A DNA stretch of 64,000 bases from a virus: positions 19,189-83,188 of IMG/VR virus record IMGVR_UViG_3300025009_000896, one strand, 5' to 3'. The notes under the pieces are model-generated. The model did no database searches. It saw only the letters and a list, made by a program, of their open reading frames with translations, and had not been told where the DNA came from. This document shows, in pieces, positions 18,240-28,502 of the stretch. The translations under genes were made by a program, and so were the position numbers. Each line of letters begins with the position of its first letter. Position 1 is the stretch's first letter.

Positions 18240-19384
18240 AAGAAGCCTTTACACACATCTATGATACGAATGTGTGGGGATCAGACGAAAGCGCATCAGG
18301 AACAGGATCAGAAATGGGAAGCACAAGAGACATAAGAGAAAATCTGCCAATACTATTTGAAAAGTATAACATCAAAAGTCTATTAGACATTGGCTGTGGA
18401 GACTTTAATTGGATGAGAACTATCGTAGGTGGCCTTGATAGCTACTTGGGGATAGATATTGTCTGCGGAATAGTACAGAGAGATAGGTCTCTATACGAGA
18501 GCGATAAGGTTAAGTTTATGTGCAAAAACCTTAACGACATCAGCGAAGAAGTGTATCAGGACTTTGATGCGGTAATTATAAGGGATGTTTTTGTTCACCT
18601 TCCCCTTGCCGACGTTGCGGCTATGATTGACAAGCTAAGGTTAGGAAACATTCAGTATTTATTTTCGTCTACGTTCCTTGGTTGGGGCACGAATGTAGAC
18701 ATCAGCGCAGGACGATGGAGGCCGATTAACTTACTTAAAGAACCATTTAACCTACCACATCCGATAGAGACTATCAACGGATACTCGGAGCCATACTCGA
18801 TTACCGAAGGCGTTACGTTGACAGATAAGGCACTGCTTATGTGGAGGATGCCAAGGGTCTCAACCAACAAACATAATGTATTCTCCAACTATCATGCTCA
18901 TAGGCAGATAAGAATGATAAGACCGATCTCTGCGACTGACGTGGGCACTGGTGATGGTTATTGGGGTAAGGCTTTGAGCCTTTTGTGTCCTGAGTGTGCC
19001 GTTACGGGGGTAGAACTATCATCTAAGTGGTACGACCACTCTGCCCCTTTGGGTGTTTACTCTACAATGATAAACGATACGATGGTCAATGCCATAAATC
19101 AGGTTAGCGGAGACCTTATTATCTTCGGAGACGTGTTAGAACACGTACCGAAAGAAGATGCTATGGCTACCCTGTCTTTAGCTACGTCTCGATTTAGGTA
19201 TGTGATTATTAACACTCCGGTAGGGTTTGTGGCACAAGAGCACGAAGATACGGAGGAGATACACAGATGTGGGCTGACCCGTGAGGATATGAATGAGTTT
19301 GACGTTATGGAGTATCAGGAGTCTGATGGTAAAATTGAATATAAGGTGTTTAACTGCTTAATACGTGGCACTTATGGGGGTTAG
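18221..19384 (+). CDS. double class I SAM-dependent methyltransferase
   Basis: WG..ESASGTGS...LLDIGCGDFNWM in domain 1; DVGTGDGYWG...FGDVLEHV in domain 2. Confidence 0.85.
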   Translation: MGETNIKEAFTHIYDTNVWGSDESASGTGSEMGSTRDIRENLPILFEKYNIKSLLDIGCGDFNWMRTIVGGLDSYLGIDIVCGIVQRDRSLYESDKVKFMCKNLNDISEEVYQDFDAVIIRDVFVHLPLADVAAMIDKLRLGNIQYLFSSTFLGWGTNVDISAGRWRPINLLKEPFNLPHPIETINGYSEPYSITEGVTLTDKALLMWRMPRVSTNKHNVFSNYHAHRQIRMIRPISATDVGTGDGYWGKALSLLCPECAVTGVELSSKWYDHSAPLGVYSTMINDTMVNAINQVSGDLIIFGDVLEHVPKEDAMATLSLATSRFRYVIINTPVGFVAQEHEDTEEIHRCGLTREDMNEFDVMEYQESDGKIEYKVFNCLIRGTYGG

Positions 19385-20129
19385 TCTAATCCTATCTTCA
19401 TTCAGACGGGCGCACTTGCTTGAGCGTAGCCTGTTCTCCATTGTCAGACAGAACGTGACCGACCTTGAAGTGGTAGTGGTTAATGACGGCATTGAGGACA
19501 GCACGGAGTCCGTTGTCAATCAGTATAGAGACAAGTTAGACATTAAATACCTCTTTAGTGGACACAGAAACGCCGATGGCGATAAGTGGAGGGTGTCGGG
19601 GTTTGCTCTGAACATAGGCGTAAAACACTGCAAGTACGATAAGATAATACTGTCCTGTGCTGAAATTTACCACCTTAATAATGCAATATCGTATTTGACT
19701 GAGGCGTTGGCCGATCCCAAGGCGTTAGCTACCACCAAGATAATTTACTTTGATGCCGATGGTAGCTTCTTCTCTAATATCAAAACCACAGAACATAAAC
19801 AATTATTTAAGATAGACAACGAGGCTAAGGACTGTAGACTTATGCCCTTCTTTATGGGTATGTGGAAGAATCAGTTTGTAGATATAGGTGGTTATGACGA
19901 AGACTTCACCGGATACGCTGCTGACGACAACGATCTTATCTTAAGACTTCAGGCTAATGGCTGTCATTACATATTTACCGATGCCGAGGTAGTTCACCTG
20001 TATCACGGCAAGAGATGTGACAGTCAGATACATTGGGAAGACCCTGCATGGGCATACAACAGAAAGTTATTTTTAGAGAGAAAAGATATAATCATTAGAA
20101 ACCAAAACAGAGAGTGGGGCAAGATATGA
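19374..20129 (+). CDS. glycosyltransferase family 2 with GT7-like C-terminus
   Basis: EVVVVNDG...ALNIGVK...IGGYDEDFTGYAADDNDL..RL...HLYH. Confidence 0.9.
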   Translation: MGVSLILSSFRRAHLLERSLFSIVRQNVTDLEVVVVNDGIEDSTESVVNQYRDKLDIKYLFSGHRNADGDKWRVSGFALNIGVKHCKYDKIILSCAEIYHLNNAISYLTEALADPKALATTKIIYFDADGSFFSNIKTTEHKQLFKIDNEAKDCRLMPFFMGMWKNQFVDIGGYDEDFTGYAADDNDLILRLQANGCHYIFTDAEVVHLYHGKRCDSQIHWEDPAWAYNRKLFLERKDIIIRNQNREWGKI

Positions 20130-20965
20130 AGAACATACCCAATATTTGCCATCTGATGTGGGACAAGTCCCCGATGGCGTACCTACAAGTATTAACTGTG
20201 ATATCATTTCATCGGCTAAACCCCGATTGGAGGATTATAATATGGATACCCAAACAGGATGTGTCCGACCTTGGGAGTAATACCTACGTTCCTGATTATA
20301 CCGGCCCCGATTACTTTGGTATGATTACGTCTATGGATTACGTGGAGATCATAGAGGTAGACTTAAACGACTACGGCATAAGGACTGATGTTCATTTTAT
20401 TCTCTGCTCCGACCAACTCCGACTGCGGATGTTATATTCAATGGGCGGTGTCTATACAGACTTTGACGTTATATGGATAAGACCTATGGAGTCATTAGCG
20501 GGCATGGACTGTATTGGCAACCCCGAAGATTTTGAGGCATCTATCTGCTATCACGAAGATACACGGGGATGGAGTAACATAGCTATTCTCATAGCAGAAA
20601 AAGAAAGTTTGTATATTCTCGAATTGATAGAGGCACAGAAAAAGATCAAGCCCCCGTATAGCCATCAGATATATGGTACAGACCTGATTGATAGCCTATA
20701 CCCTACCTTTGAAAAGGTAGAGGCTAAGTATCCTCGCATCCTTGGAGTGAGGTATAAAACCTTCTATCCATACGACATAAACAACCTTCGTATGTTGTAT
20801 AAAGAGGATAAACTCGACATGATACTTAATGATAACGTACTATGTCTGCATTGGTTCAACGGTCATGCCCGAAGTAAGAAGTACATCAACGATGAGGACT
20901 ATAACAGACCGTGCAGCATAACCTCGGTTCTTAACTATCTGAAACTTAACAAAGGACAGCTATGA
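20126..20965 (+). CDS. GT32-like glycosyltransferase (DXD sugar-binding)
   Basis: IPNICHLMW...SDQLRL..LY..GGVYTDFDV...HWF. Confidence 0.85.
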   Translation: MKNIPNICHLMWDKSPMAYLQVLTVISFHRLNPDWRIIIWIPKQDVSDLGSNTYVPDYTGPDYFGMITSMDYVEIIEVDLNDYGIRTDVHFILCSDQLRLRMLYSMGGVYTDFDVIWIRPMESLAGMDCIGNPEDFEASICYHEDTRGWSNIAILIAEKESLYILELIEAQKKIKPPYSHQIYGTDLIDSLYPTFEKVEAKYPRILGVRYKTFYPYDINNLRMLYKEDKLDMILNDNVLCLHWFNGHARSKKYINDEDYNRPCSITSVLNYLKLNKGQL

Positions 20966-22095
20966 AAGTAATTTCCATTTTAGGCACGAGACCAGAAATA
21001 ATTAGAACGAGTCGTATCCTCCCCAAGTTGGATGCGCTTTGCGACCACACTATAATACATACGGCACAAAATTTTACTCATAATACCAAGGATTTGTTTT
21101 TTGAAGAACTTGGACTACGACAGCCTGATATTACGTTTTATACGAGCATGAATGATGGTAATACGCATACAGAGTTTGGATTGGGCCAACAGCTTGCGGA
21201 TATGTTCCCTCAGGTTGAAAAGGCGTTTAAGGATATCAAGCCTGACAGGGTGTTTATCTTGGGGGACACCAATTCTGCCCTATGTGCTATTATGGCAGAG
21301 AGAATGGGCATTCCCGTGGGACATATGGAGTCGTCAAATAGAAGCTATAATAATAAAATTCCCGAAGAGGTTAATAGAAGACTACTCGATCACATTTGTT
21401 CTCGCAACTTATTTTATACTCCGACCAATAGGCATACCCTACTTATGGAGGGACACGATCCCCGCAAAATATTTCAATGTGGGAACCCAACATTAGAGGT
21501 GCTGACCTACTACAAAGACAAAATTAATCAGAGCAGAATATTGTGGGATTTGGGATTAATGCCACACGAATGGCCGGGGGTGGTAGACCCCCCAATACCT
21601 TATTTTCTTGTTGATATACACCGTTCAGAGAACGTAAGTAATATTGATAAATTAGATGGCATATTGGAGGGCATAAACCTTATTGCTGAACACTTTGGGT
21701 ATCCGGTAATATGTAGCGTTCACCCTAAGACAAGAGATAAATTAAAGACTTGCCGCACGGTTGTGCATGAGAAGGTTAAGCTATTAGATGCCTTTGGTTT
21801 TTTTGACTTTGTTAAGTTAGAGAAACATGCAAGGGTTGGACTTACAGACTCTGGACTATGTAGCGAAGAATATAACCTACTTAGAGTTCCCTGTGTGATA
21901 GTTCGTAATGAGACCGAGCGTCCCGAGGTAGTAGAGGCGGGTGGTGCCATTATATCGGGGATAGATCCAAATAACATTATTAGGTGTACGGAAATAATGG
22001 ATAGACTACAGCATCGTACTTGGGAAACGCCGCAAGGATATGAGTATCTTGACGTATCGGACCGTGTAGTTAATTATATGTTAAGTGAATGGTAA
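20962..22095 (+). CDS. wecB: UDP-N-acetylglucosamine 2-epimerase (non-hydrolysing)
   Basis: ILGTRPEIIR...LGDTNS...PEEVNR...HRSEN...TDSG...ETERPE. Confidence 0.92.
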   Translation: MKVISILGTRPEIIRTSRILPKLDALCDHTIIHTAQNFTHNTKDLFFEELGLRQPDITFYTSMNDGNTHTEFGLGQQLADMFPQVEKAFKDIKPDRVFILGDTNSALCAIMAERMGIPVGHMESSNRSYNNKIPEEVNRRLLDHICSRNLFYTPTNRHTLLMEGHDPRKIFQCGNPTLEVLTYYKDKINQSRILWDLGLMPHEWPGVVDPPIPYFLVDIHRSENVSNIDKLDGILEGINLIAEHFGYPVICSVHPKTRDKLKTCRTVVHEKVKLLDAFGFFDFVKLEKHARVGLTDSGLCSEEYNLLRVPCVIVRNETERPEVVEAGGAIISGIDPNNIIRCTEIMDRLQHRTWETPQGYEYLDVSDRVVNYMLSEW

Positions 22096-22786
22096 TATGA
22101 GTGGAAAACGAAGAATATGGCTTTCTGCCGTAGCTGTTTTATCTGACTACGAAAAAACGCCGTCATTACGGATGTTGGCTAAAAAGTATGATGTCTCTGT
22201 TGTGACAATTAAGAAGTGTATCTTGGAGGCGGGGGGTGAATTAAACTTTAAGAAGGGCAGTAAGGATAACTACAGGCGAACACGAGGATGCTTTAGCCGT
22301 GGGCAGGTACCGTGGAATAAGGGCATGAATATGGGAGATAGCTTTAGTCAACGTCAGCGCGAGATAATGCTATCTAAGGTAAGGGATGGTACCTTTATAC
22401 ACCCCTTATCTTCTGAAGACGCACGAGCTAAGGGTAGCATGAGCAAACTTGGGGCAAATAATCCCATGTTTGGTATGGTGGGAGAGCTAAGCCCAGCGTG
22501 GTTCGGTGGACTAATGGGTATTCCATACCCTAAAGAGTTTAGTCGAGGGCTTAAAAAACAAATAAGGGAGCGGGATGGTTATGCGTGTGCAATATGTGGA
22601 GACTATGGCAATGAGGTGCATCATGTTGATTACGACAAAAACAACAACACATACAACAATCTTATAACGCTTTGCAAGCACTGCCATCCTATAACAAACA
22701 GAAACAGGGAGGATTGGACTAAGTATTTTGGGGAACATAAACATATTAGAGGGGATATGGCCTTATTAACAGGGGGAGGCCAATGA
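22085..22786 (+). CDS. HNH endonuclease with NUMOD3-like repeats, inserted in the glycosylation cluster
   Basis: PWNKG, NNPMFG; IRERDGYACAICG...VHHVDYDKNNN...NLITLCKHCH. Confidence 0.88.
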   Translation: MNGNMSGKRRIWLSAVAVLSDYEKTPSLRMLAKKYDVSVVTIKKCILEAGGELNFKKGSKDNYRRTRGCFSRGQVPWNKGMNMGDSFSQRQREIMLSKVRDGTFIHPLSSEDARAKGSMSKLGANNPMFGMVGELSPAWFGGLMGIPYPKEFSRGLKKQIRERDGYACAICGDYGNEVHHVDYDKNNNTYNNLITLCKHCHPITNRNREDWTKYFGEHKHIRGDMALLTGGGQ

Positions 22787-23439
22787 TAAGCCTTGGCATA
22801 GCAACCCTCAAAGAGAGGGAGATGGGATTCAAAAAGGTATTGGAGTCTGTTTACCCACAGGTAGATGTTGTATATGCAGTCCTCAATAATTATTTGGAGG
22901 TACCTGATTGGTTAAGTTCTATGGATCGTGTGCAACCCATAGTCATGCAGAACCAACTTGGCGATGCCGGAAAGTTCATGTATGCGGGGATGTGTGAGGG
23001 AGACTATATATCGTGGGACGATGACCTGCTGATGCCCGAAGGAGCAGTGAGATACCTGCTGTCAGGCGTAAAGAAGTACAGAGGGCTTGTGGGATTCCAC
23101 GGCAGAAAGTATCTTCATCCTGTTATTAGCTTCAAGCAGTGGGCGGATAATTACCGATGTCTTAATACTGTTAGCGATGATGTTCACGTAAATTTGATAG
23201 GTAGCGGGTGTTGCGCGTATAACACCGAAACCATGGAACTTAAACTATCAGACTTTAAATTGCCTAATATGGCCGACCTTTATTTAAGTCGTGCCGCTGC
23301 TGTTCAGGGTGTACCCATGGTTGTTCTAAAGCACAGACAAGGTTACCTGCAATACCTTAAGCCACAAGGAGAAACAATATGGCAGGCTACGAGGGATTTC
23401 ACTGAGCATACAAATATTTTGCAGTCTTACGTGAAATAA
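22783..23439 (+). CDS. GT-A fold glycosyltransferase
   Basis: V..QVD.....LN.Y...P...LGDAGKF...WDDDL..P...GSG...NMADL. Confidence 0.8.
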   Translation: MISLGIATLKEREMGFKKVLESVYPQVDVVYAVLNNYLEVPDWLSSMDRVQPIVMQNQLGDAGKFMYAGMCEGDYISWDDDLLMPEGAVRYLLSGVKKYRGLVGFHGRKYLHPVISFKQWADNYRCLNTVSDDVHVNLIGSGCCAYNTETMELKLSDFKLPNMADLYLSRAAAVQGVPMVVLKHRQGYLQYLKPQGETIWQATRDFTEHTNILQSYVK

Positions 23440-23440
23440 A

Positions 23441-23472
23441 TTTGTTTTTCTCGTTTAATAGTTTTACATTTG
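23441..23472 (+). promoter_or_regulatory. Bacteroidota promoter
   Basis: TTTG-N20-TACATTTG. Confidence 0.65.
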
Positions 23473-23488
23473 GTGAAAATTAAGACAT

Positions 23489-23791
23489 ATGAAAACAGCA
23501 TATCTTTGTATTGTTCTATGTATTATTGCCTCGGGAGTATTCATAACCTGTATGCCAACCGAGGAGATGCACCCTATGGACTGCTATGCAGTGACACTAA
23601 TTGTAGACTCTAATACTGGGGATGTCATAAAGGTTACGGGGTCACAGGAGTTTTTCACTGATCCGTTGACGATTGATGCTTGGATAAGTTCTGACGGAGC
23701 CGTTGACAGAGACACGGTTAATCATGTGGTATTTATTGAGTTTAGGCAGTGTATAGAACCGGATAGAAAACTAAACGCACAAGAGAAATGA
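23489..23791 (+). CDS. putative exported protein or lipoprotein
   Basis: MKTAYLCIVLCIIASGVFITC: hydrophobic N-terminus ending in Cys. Confidence 0.55.
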   Translation: MKTAYLCIVLCIIASGVFITCMPTEEMHPMDCYAVTLIVDSNTGDVIKVTGSQEFFTDPLTIDAWISSDGAVDRDTVNHVVFIEFRQCIEPDRKLNAQEK

Positions 23792-23982
23792 AGCCGATAG
23801 AATTTAACAACAACAGCAAGATGCTAAAGGAGGCACTTATACCGATGGGGTGGACAGATTTAGATGAAGATGACGATGAAGTAATCCTTGATGAAAATTG
23901 TCCTAATTGTGGCAGAGAATATGACGAAATTGATTATGAATATCAGATTTGCCACATATGTGACCACATTAATAACCCATAA
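23788..23982 (+). CDS. small zinc-ribbon protein
   Basis: CPNC...CHIC. Confidence 0.55.
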   Translation: MKPIEFNNNSKMLKEALIPMGWTDLDEDDDEVILDENCPNCGREYDEIDYEYQICHICDHINNP

Positions 23983-23993
23983 ACAGAAACGAG

Positions 23994-24635
23994 ATGAACG
24001 CAGAAAGAAAACAGATCCACATTAAACCCGGAATGTACGCTTTACTTTTCTATGAACTCAAGGAGATGGCAAAGAATTATGGCTATAATCTTGTATTACA
24101 TGGCAGTCTTAACCGAGATATGGATTTAATCGCAATTCCGTGGACTGACGAACCGAGGGATGAGCAAGAAATGATTAAGGAGTTTCAGGCTTATTTAACC
24201 GGGCATACAATGATAACACTTGACGGAAGCGTTCACTATACAATATTGCCGGGCAATAGACATTCTTATGTGATTGATCTGAACAGGGGCAGTACAAAGG
24301 GTGAGTGGATAAGGTATAGTGAGCCAGAGGATGACGAACAGTATTATCTGGACATATCAGTCGTTCAACCTGCCAAACCGGAGGTAGCTGATGCGATGCC
24401 GACAGAGGAAGAGATAGAGGTATGGGCCGAGAATTGTGCAGGCAATTCAGTGCAAGATAATGACCTGCGTATTCTGATAAAAGGAGCATTGATCTTGGGG
24501 TGTGATTGGTTTCGCAACCGCGTTAAAGGGGGAAGCATCCCTGACAGTTCACATAAATGTTGTGTTTGTCACGAGAATTATGTGGATAGTGATAATGGTT
24601 TTGATACTTGCCATGACTGCTTAAGTAGAATTTAA
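23994..24635 (+). CDS. hypothetical protein with nucleotidyltransferase-like motif
   Basis: GYNLVLHGSLNRDMDLIAIPW resembles the GS..RD.D minimal NTase signature. Confidence 0.55.
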   Translation: MNAERKQIHIKPGMYALLFYELKEMAKNYGYNLVLHGSLNRDMDLIAIPWTDEPRDEQEMIKEFQAYLTGHTMITLDGSVHYTILPGNRHSYVIDLNRGSTKGEWIRYSEPEDDEQYYLDISVVQPAKPEVADAMPTEEEIEVWAENCAGNSVQDNDLRILIKGALILGCDWFRNRVKGGSIPDSSHKCCVCHENYVDSDNGFDTCHDCLSRI

Positions 24636-24682
24636 AAGGAGACGGGGAATGAACGTTAAAATCCAACGAACTTAAACAATAG

Positions 24683-25369
24683 ATGAACTTCTGTATTATA
24701 ACAGCTAATCATAAACGACCGAAGGTATTTGCCCTGTGGTGTGAGTCAATGAGTAGACTACGAGAAGAGGTAGGCCATTTCCCGATAGTGGTAGTGTCAG
24801 ATTTGTGCGATGCCGGAATGTGTAAAGAACATAACATCTATCACATAGTTATGGGTAACAGGCCCGTAAGCGCAAAGTTTAACAAGGCTTGTAGGTTTTC
24901 ACAGACATTAGGTGTAGATTATGTTATGACAGTAGGGAGCGATGACATAATAAGCACAGAGACAATGAAGTTGTTTTTAAGTTCTATGGATAAGGGCTAT
25001 GACATGATAACTCTTGATGACATCTATTTCTACGGTGCTTATGCTGAGTATAATGGGGTGCTTGTTCACTTTAAGGGCAAGAAAGAGTTGGGGTTATGCC
25101 GAACGGTTCATAAGTCTATATTGGACAAAATAGGGTGGATGCCGTGGCGTAAACAGAGGAGTTCGGGATTGGATATGTTAGCTCGTATGGCTTATGAGCC
25201 TCATATACGAAATCCATATAACATAAACAATGCCAAGGTATTTGACGTTAAGACCGAGTTCAATATAAACAGATTCAGTTATTGGCTGAGAACCTGTGAA
25301 AGGGTAGATGCCAATATATTCTATAACATTCTGAGTGAAAGAGAAAAAGAGTTACTTAATAATATATGA
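24683..25369 (+). CDS. GT-A fold glycosyltransferase
   Basis: NRPVSAKFN...DYVMTVGSDDII. Confidence 0.7.
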   Translation: MNFCIITANHKRPKVFALWCESMSRLREEVGHFPIVVVSDLCDAGMCKEHNIYHIVMGNRPVSAKFNKACRFSQTLGVDYVMTVGSDDIISTETMKLFLSSMDKGYDMITLDDIYFYGAYAEYNGVLVHFKGKKELGLCRTVHKSILDKIGWMPWRKQRSSGLDMLARMAYEPHIRNPYNINNAKVFDVKTEFNINRFSYWLRTCERVDANIFYNILSEREKELLNNI

Positions 25370-25603
25370 AATGGCAGGAAAGTATTGGATGCAGACAAAA
25401 AGATGTATCAAGTGCCTAAAAAAGGCAACCGTACATGGAGGACACGTAACCTCTAAAGAGTATAAGACAATCATTGCAGGATGGTGCGAGGAACACTCTG
25501 ACACTCCATCTCCCGACTTGCTTAATAGGGTGGGGTGTTTTGGGCATTTCGATGAGAGGTACGGAATAGAGCCTTATTGGGCTAATCTTACAACCGAATA
25601 GAC

Positions 25604-25858
25604 ATGACAGCAGAAGAAATGCTAAGGCAGATAGTTGGCGAAACTAAATCGGGGTTCAAAAGGGATTTTGTTTGGTTTTCAGAAGCCATTGTTGCTATGG
25701 AGGCTTATGCCACACGGGGGGAAGAGAGAGATGCAACAAAAGAATTACTTGCCGATATTATAAGTTGGGAAAAGGATTTGTCGGAATATCTGAGTCTTGA
25801 AACAATTCTCAAACAGCGATACATTATTCGTAAACGCATTAAAGGAGAGTCGATATGA
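25604..25858 (+). CDS. hypothetical protein
   Basis: ORF in run; AMEAYA motif. Confidence 0.5.
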   Translation: MTAEEMLRQIVGETKSGFKRDFVWFSEAIVAMEAYATRGEERDATKELLADIISWEKDLSEYLSLETILKQRYIIRKRIKGESI

Positions 25859-26038
25859 ACGCTAAAGAGTGGCTCTTAATAAAACAATACATAGACTTGA
25901 AAATAGTTTATGAAATTGAAGATCGCATAGAGGACGAATCCGGCTATCATGGCAATGCTATAGATGAAAGAAAGTCCGTGGAAAAAGCCGAGAAAGATAT
26001 TGACGAACATTTAGCGACTAATCCATAGAACCTAAACT

Positions 26039-26431
26039 ATGAAATACTTAACCCTAAAATCAGACGATAACTTAGATAAGATATCAGAAGTCTTAGATGA
26101 GACAATAGATACTACCACTAACTATCTTTTAAGAAGAATAGGAGAGGTAGACGGCTTCTTCCCTGATAGAAACTATGCCGGAGAGTTTGTCATTGACATC
26201 TTGGACTCCATGAGTATAGACGTAAAGGCCTTTGTTCACTCGATAGTTAAATCCGAAGCCTATAACTACTTCTGCCGACTGAGGTTTTGGGGCGAGGAAT
26301 ACGACTGTCCTATTTGTGGATGCCCGATGGAGTTTTGGGACTATGCTACTGATGAAGAGGGACATGACATAGGCAAAGAGTTTAAGTGTATAAACTGTGG
26401 ACAAAAAGAAATACGAGATGAGGAAAGTTGA
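26039..26431 (+). CDS. zinc-ribbon hypothetical protein
   Basis: CPICG...CINCG. Confidence 0.55.
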   Translation: MKYLTLKSDDNLDKISEVLDETIDTTTNYLLRRIGEVDGFFPDRNYAGEFVIDILDSMSIDVKAFVHSIVKSEAYNYFCRLRFWGEEYDCPICGCPMEFWDYATDEEGHDIGKEFKCINCGQKEIRDEES

Positions 26432-26828
26432 AGAGTTTTACGAACTGTGGCTAATTAATGAAAATTTTAATCTTTTAAGCCCCGAAGACTCCATGCACTT
26501 TGCTGATAGTTACCATAAGTGGATGCTTGAACAGGCAAAGGAGGCATTTAGCATGGATGAGTTTGAAGACTTTTGGAGGATATACCACCAGCGGTCAGGC
26601 AGACCTAAGACAGATAGGGACGCTGCACTAAAGTATTGGAAACGGCTTACTAAGGCCGAAAGGCTTAAGGCTATATCACAGATAGGGGCATATTGCTCAT
26701 CCATAGAAGATAAACGATTCATAAAAAAGGCTCGTACCTATTTAGAGGATAAAAACTTTAACGATGAGTTCGCCCCCCAACAGAGTTTTAGCATAGGCAG
26801 AAACGTATCAATAGATAATCTTAAATAG
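26418..26828 (+). CDS. protein resembling the C-terminal domain of phage replication proteins
   Basis: FEDFWRIY...K.DR.AA.KYWKRL...ARTYL..K.FNDE. Confidence 0.65.
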   Translation: MRKVEEFYELWLINENFNLLSPEDSMHFADSYHKWMLEQAKEAFSMDEFEDFWRIYHQRSGRPKTDRDAALKYWKRLTKAERLKAISQIGAYCSSIEDKRFIKKARTYLEDKNFNDEFAPQQSFSIGRNVSIDNLK

Positions 26829-26835
26829 ACACAAT

Positions 26836-27171
26836 ATGAAATTTAAAGTAAGTAGGACGAGCACGTATGATGGCCAGCCATGCGATGAGGCATATCAGTC
26901 ATACATAGAGTATTGGCACATAAGATCATGCACGGAGTCCGAGTTTAATGAACGCTTCTCTGCAAGAGAGGGGATGTGGATGGCGAAGGGCAAAAATCAT
27001 CATATTACAAAAGAGGGGTACATTAGTAGACAAGAGGAAGACAGAAGGGTTTGGTGCGTTGACTTGAATGGCCTCGATGATGTTTTGGCATTCGCTGAAA
27101 AGTATGGAAGCATAATTATTGGTACGGGCGTTATTCCAGAGGTAGAGATTTATGACGACTACCGGGAATAA
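26836..27171 (+). CDS. hypothetical phage protein
   Basis: C-terminal EVEIYDDYRE motif. Confidence 0.6.
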   Translation: MKFKVSRTSTYDGQPCDEAYQSYIEYWHIRSCTESEFNERFSAREGMWMAKGKNHHITKEGYISRQEEDRRVWCVDLNGLDDVLAFAEKYGSIIIGTGVIPEVEIYDDYRE

Positions 27172-28498
27172 ACTACCGCCATCAGCTATCGAGGCCGAAG
27201 AGGCAGTCCTCGGTGCTTGCTTCATTGAGGAGGATGCTTCAAGGGTAGCCGTAGGCATACTCAAACCTGATATGTTCTTTGTTCCCAATAACCAACACAT
27301 ATTCGCGTCTATCTATGAGATGAGCCATAAGGGTAAACCGGTGGACATAATCACAGTAACATCCGACCTAAGACAAAAGGGAATATTAGAAGAAGTAGGA
27401 GGGGCTATTTATGTTACTGAGTTAAGTTCTATGGTTGTCACTACCCACAACGTAGAGTCCTACTGTTTTATCATCAGGGAAAAATCAATTTTACGGCAGC
27501 ATATCGCATTTGCTGCCAATCTTACAGAAAAGGCATACACAGATAACGTACTAAGTGTTAACGAGTTTGCGGAAAACGAGGTCTTTAAGATATCATCACA
27601 GGCTCAAACCAAGGAACCTAAACGAGTAGACTCCTGTGTAGATGACTTGCTTGTTAGTGTGTCTAAGGTTGTTAATAACCCCGGCATATTGGTAGGCATA
27701 CCTTCGGGACTAAGTAGCATAGACAGAATAACGGGAGGGTTTCAAAACAGTGATCTTATCATAGTAGCTGGACGCCCAAGTCAAGGAAAATCAGCCTGTA
27801 TGCTTACATTAGCAACCGGAGCGGCTAGGCTAGGCACGCCTGTTGCGATATTTTCCTTAGAGATGTCAACGGAGCAGTTAACGGCAAGAATGGTGTCAGG
27901 CGTTTCGGGATACACTAATATGGAGATTCGCAATGGCAAGGTCAATATGGATACATTGGTCACCCAATCAGAGATAATAGCCAAACTGCCTGTTTACATA
28001 GACGATACTGCCCAAATAAGCATAGCCGAGCTAAGAAGCAAAACCAAAAAACTTATCCTAACAAAAGGGGTAAAGATGATTTTTGTGGACTACCTACAAC
28101 TTATGCGGGGATTGGGTGACTCCCGTGAGCAGGAGGTAGCCTCGATATCCAGAGGACTTAAAGCATTAGCAAAGGAAATGAATATCCCCGTTATTGCTCT
28201 GGCTCAGTTAAACAGAGAGGTAGAGTCTACTTCTGACAAGCGGCCTCAGTTATCCCACCTTCGGGGTAGCGGTGAGATAGAACAGGATGCCGATATAGTT
28301 GCCTTTATCTACCGCCCCAAGTCTTATCGAATAGACTCTATGAAGATCAACGGCGAGGAAATGAACACTAATTCTCTGATTTTATTTGACATACAGAAGC
28401 ATCGTAACGGCGCCTTATATCCCGTGTGTCTGTATCATAACGAATCACTCACTCAGATAGTTGACGACCGAGAGAGTATTGGGATACCATTGTTTTAA
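27152..28498 (+). CDS. dnaB: replicative DNA helicase DnaB
   Basis: PPSAIEAEEAVLG; AGRPSQGKS Walker A; FSLEM; VDYLQLM; LAQLNR; GEIEQDAD; KHRNG. Confidence 0.97.
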   Translation: MTTTGNKLPPSAIEAEEAVLGACFIEEDASRVAVGILKPDMFFVPNNQHIFASIYEMSHKGKPVDIITVTSDLRQKGILEEVGGAIYVTELSSMVVTTHNVESYCFIIREKSILRQHIAFAANLTEKAYTDNVLSVNEFAENEVFKISSQAQTKEPKRVDSCVDDLLVSVSKVVNNPGILVGIPSGLSSIDRITGGFQNSDLIIVAGRPSQGKSACMLTLATGAARLGTPVAIFSLEMSTEQLTARMVSGVSGYTNMEIRNGKVNMDTLVTQSEIIAKLPVYIDDTAQISIAELRSKTKKLILTKGVKMIFVDYLQLMRGLGDSREQEVASISRGLKALAKEMNIPVIALAQLNREVESTSDKRPQLSHLRGSGEIEQDADIVAFIYRPKSYRIDSMKINGEEMNTNSLILFDIQKHRNGALYPVCLYHNESLTQIVDDRESIGIPLF

Positions 28499-28502
28499 GA
28501 AT

